From a virus: 47,067 nucleotides of DNA. Positions 46,471 through 47,067 of the stretch are shown piece after piece. The notes under the pieces are model-generated. The model did not search any database. It was not told where the DNA came from and saw only the letters and a program-made list of their open reading frames with translations. The stretch is from the UHGV virus genome UHGV-0105892; one strand, written 5' to 3'. How positions within the stretch are numbered: the first letter of the stretch is position 1; every line of letters begins with the position of its first letter. Both the position numbers and the translations under genes were made by a program.

Positions 46471-47067
46471 TGGCAGAAACAGTTGGCGGCATTATCTATG
46501 AGGTTGGCATTGACACATCTCAGTTAGCAGCTGGTAGTCGTGAATTGCAGTCAATGCTAAATGGCCTTAGCGGGAACATGGGGCGACTTGAGGCCAGTGT
46601 AAACAGGACAGAGCGCTCTATTGGATCGATGGAACGAACAATGTCCAGCCTTTCTGGCGTTGCCAAGGGATTGTTCGCGGCGCTTTCTGTGCAACAGGTT
46701 GCGAGTTACGCCGATGCCTGGACTGAACTGAATAACAAAGTCGCTAACTCGGTTCGTACTGGAGAGACGCAGGCCGAAGTTATGCAGCGGATCTTTGATG
46801 TTTCGCAAGCAACCCAGTCATCCCTGAACGGCACGGCGACTCTTTACGCCCGGCTTGAGCGCGGAACCAGAACATACAACACCAGCGCAGAAGATTTAAC
46901 TCGCCTGACCACCATTATCAACCAGGGATTTGCGGTATCCGGTGCAACGGCTCAGGAAGCTGAGAACGCAATCATTCAGCTATCACAGGGTATCGCTTCC
47001 GGCGTTCTGCGCGGCGAGGAGTTTAACTCAGTGTCAGAGCAGGGCAGCCGCCTCATGGTCGCTCTGG
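46470..47067 (+). CDS. tail tape measure protein, 5' portion (runs off the window end; continues at position 1)
   Basis: N-terminal TMP-like coiled-coil sequence. No stop before the window end; the frame is continuous with the ORF at 9..2696. Confidence 0.8.
   Translation, partial: MAETVGGIIYEVGIDTSQLAAGSRELQSMLNGLSGNMGRLEASVNRTERSIGSMERTMSSLSGVAKGLFAALSVQQVASYADAWTELNNKVANSVRTGETQAEVMQRIFDVSQATQSSLNGTATLYARLERGTRTYNTSAEDLTRLTTIINQGFAVSGATAQEAENAIIQLSQGIASGVLRGEEFNSVSEQGSRLMVAL

Noticed and set aside
1-47067. CRISPR arrays, integrase, repressor, attachment sites
   Set aside because: No regularly spaced direct repeats were found. No tyrosine or serine recombinase signatures and no CI-like repressor were found. 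The genome looks strictly virulent.

Overview
This window looks like a complete, circularly permuted genome (about 47 kb) of a virulent siphophage. Its layout resembles T1-like (Drexlerviridae-type) phages. The tape-measure gene runs off the window end at 47067 and continues in frame at position 1. On the plus strand are the tail tip and fibre genes, a block of about 12 tiny early genes (20.4-22.2 kb), and the packaging, head, neck and tail modules. These comprise TerS, TerL, portal, Mu-F-like minor head protein, a head-processing scaffold/protease-like protein, the major capsid protein, the major tail protein, a chaperone and the TMP. The lysis cassette (GH24 endolysin, holin-like protein, and an Rz/Rz1 spanin pair with Rz1 embedded in Rz) lies between the portal/minor-head genes and the head-processing/capsid genes. 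A long minus-strand arm carries the replication and recombination genes: SSB, an ERF-family annealing protein, a PD-(D/E)XK exonuclease, a VRR-NUC nuclease, an SF2 helicase and a zinc-ribbon primase. Seven free-standing homing-endonuclease genes are scattered through the genome: four HNH(+AP2) genes, and three genes carrying tandem Zn-ribbon repeat arrays with GIY-YIG/T5orf172-like or other nuclease C-termini. There is no integrase or repressor. Notable points are as follows. TerL is split in its Walker-A loop by a 363-aa LAGLIDADG intein. Two tRNAs (Met-CAT, Arg-TCT) lie on the minus strand with their own sigma70-like promoter. A 12-mer, AATCTACGTCAA (reverse complement TTGACGTAGATT), recurs at least 12 times in intergenic regions and appears to supply -35 or -10 hexamers for promoters. 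Short minus-strand operons of tiny, translationally coupled genes are inserted inside the late region. A Lar-family anti-restriction gene is present. An uncharacterized four-gene minus-strand block (17.4-19.9 kb) contains a tandem paralog pair and a 495-aa protein, and sits next to a 500-bp AT-rich repeat region that may be an origin or early control region. Coordinates that were hand-derived (small ORFs not in the track, RNA genes, hairpins, promoters) may be off by a base or two.
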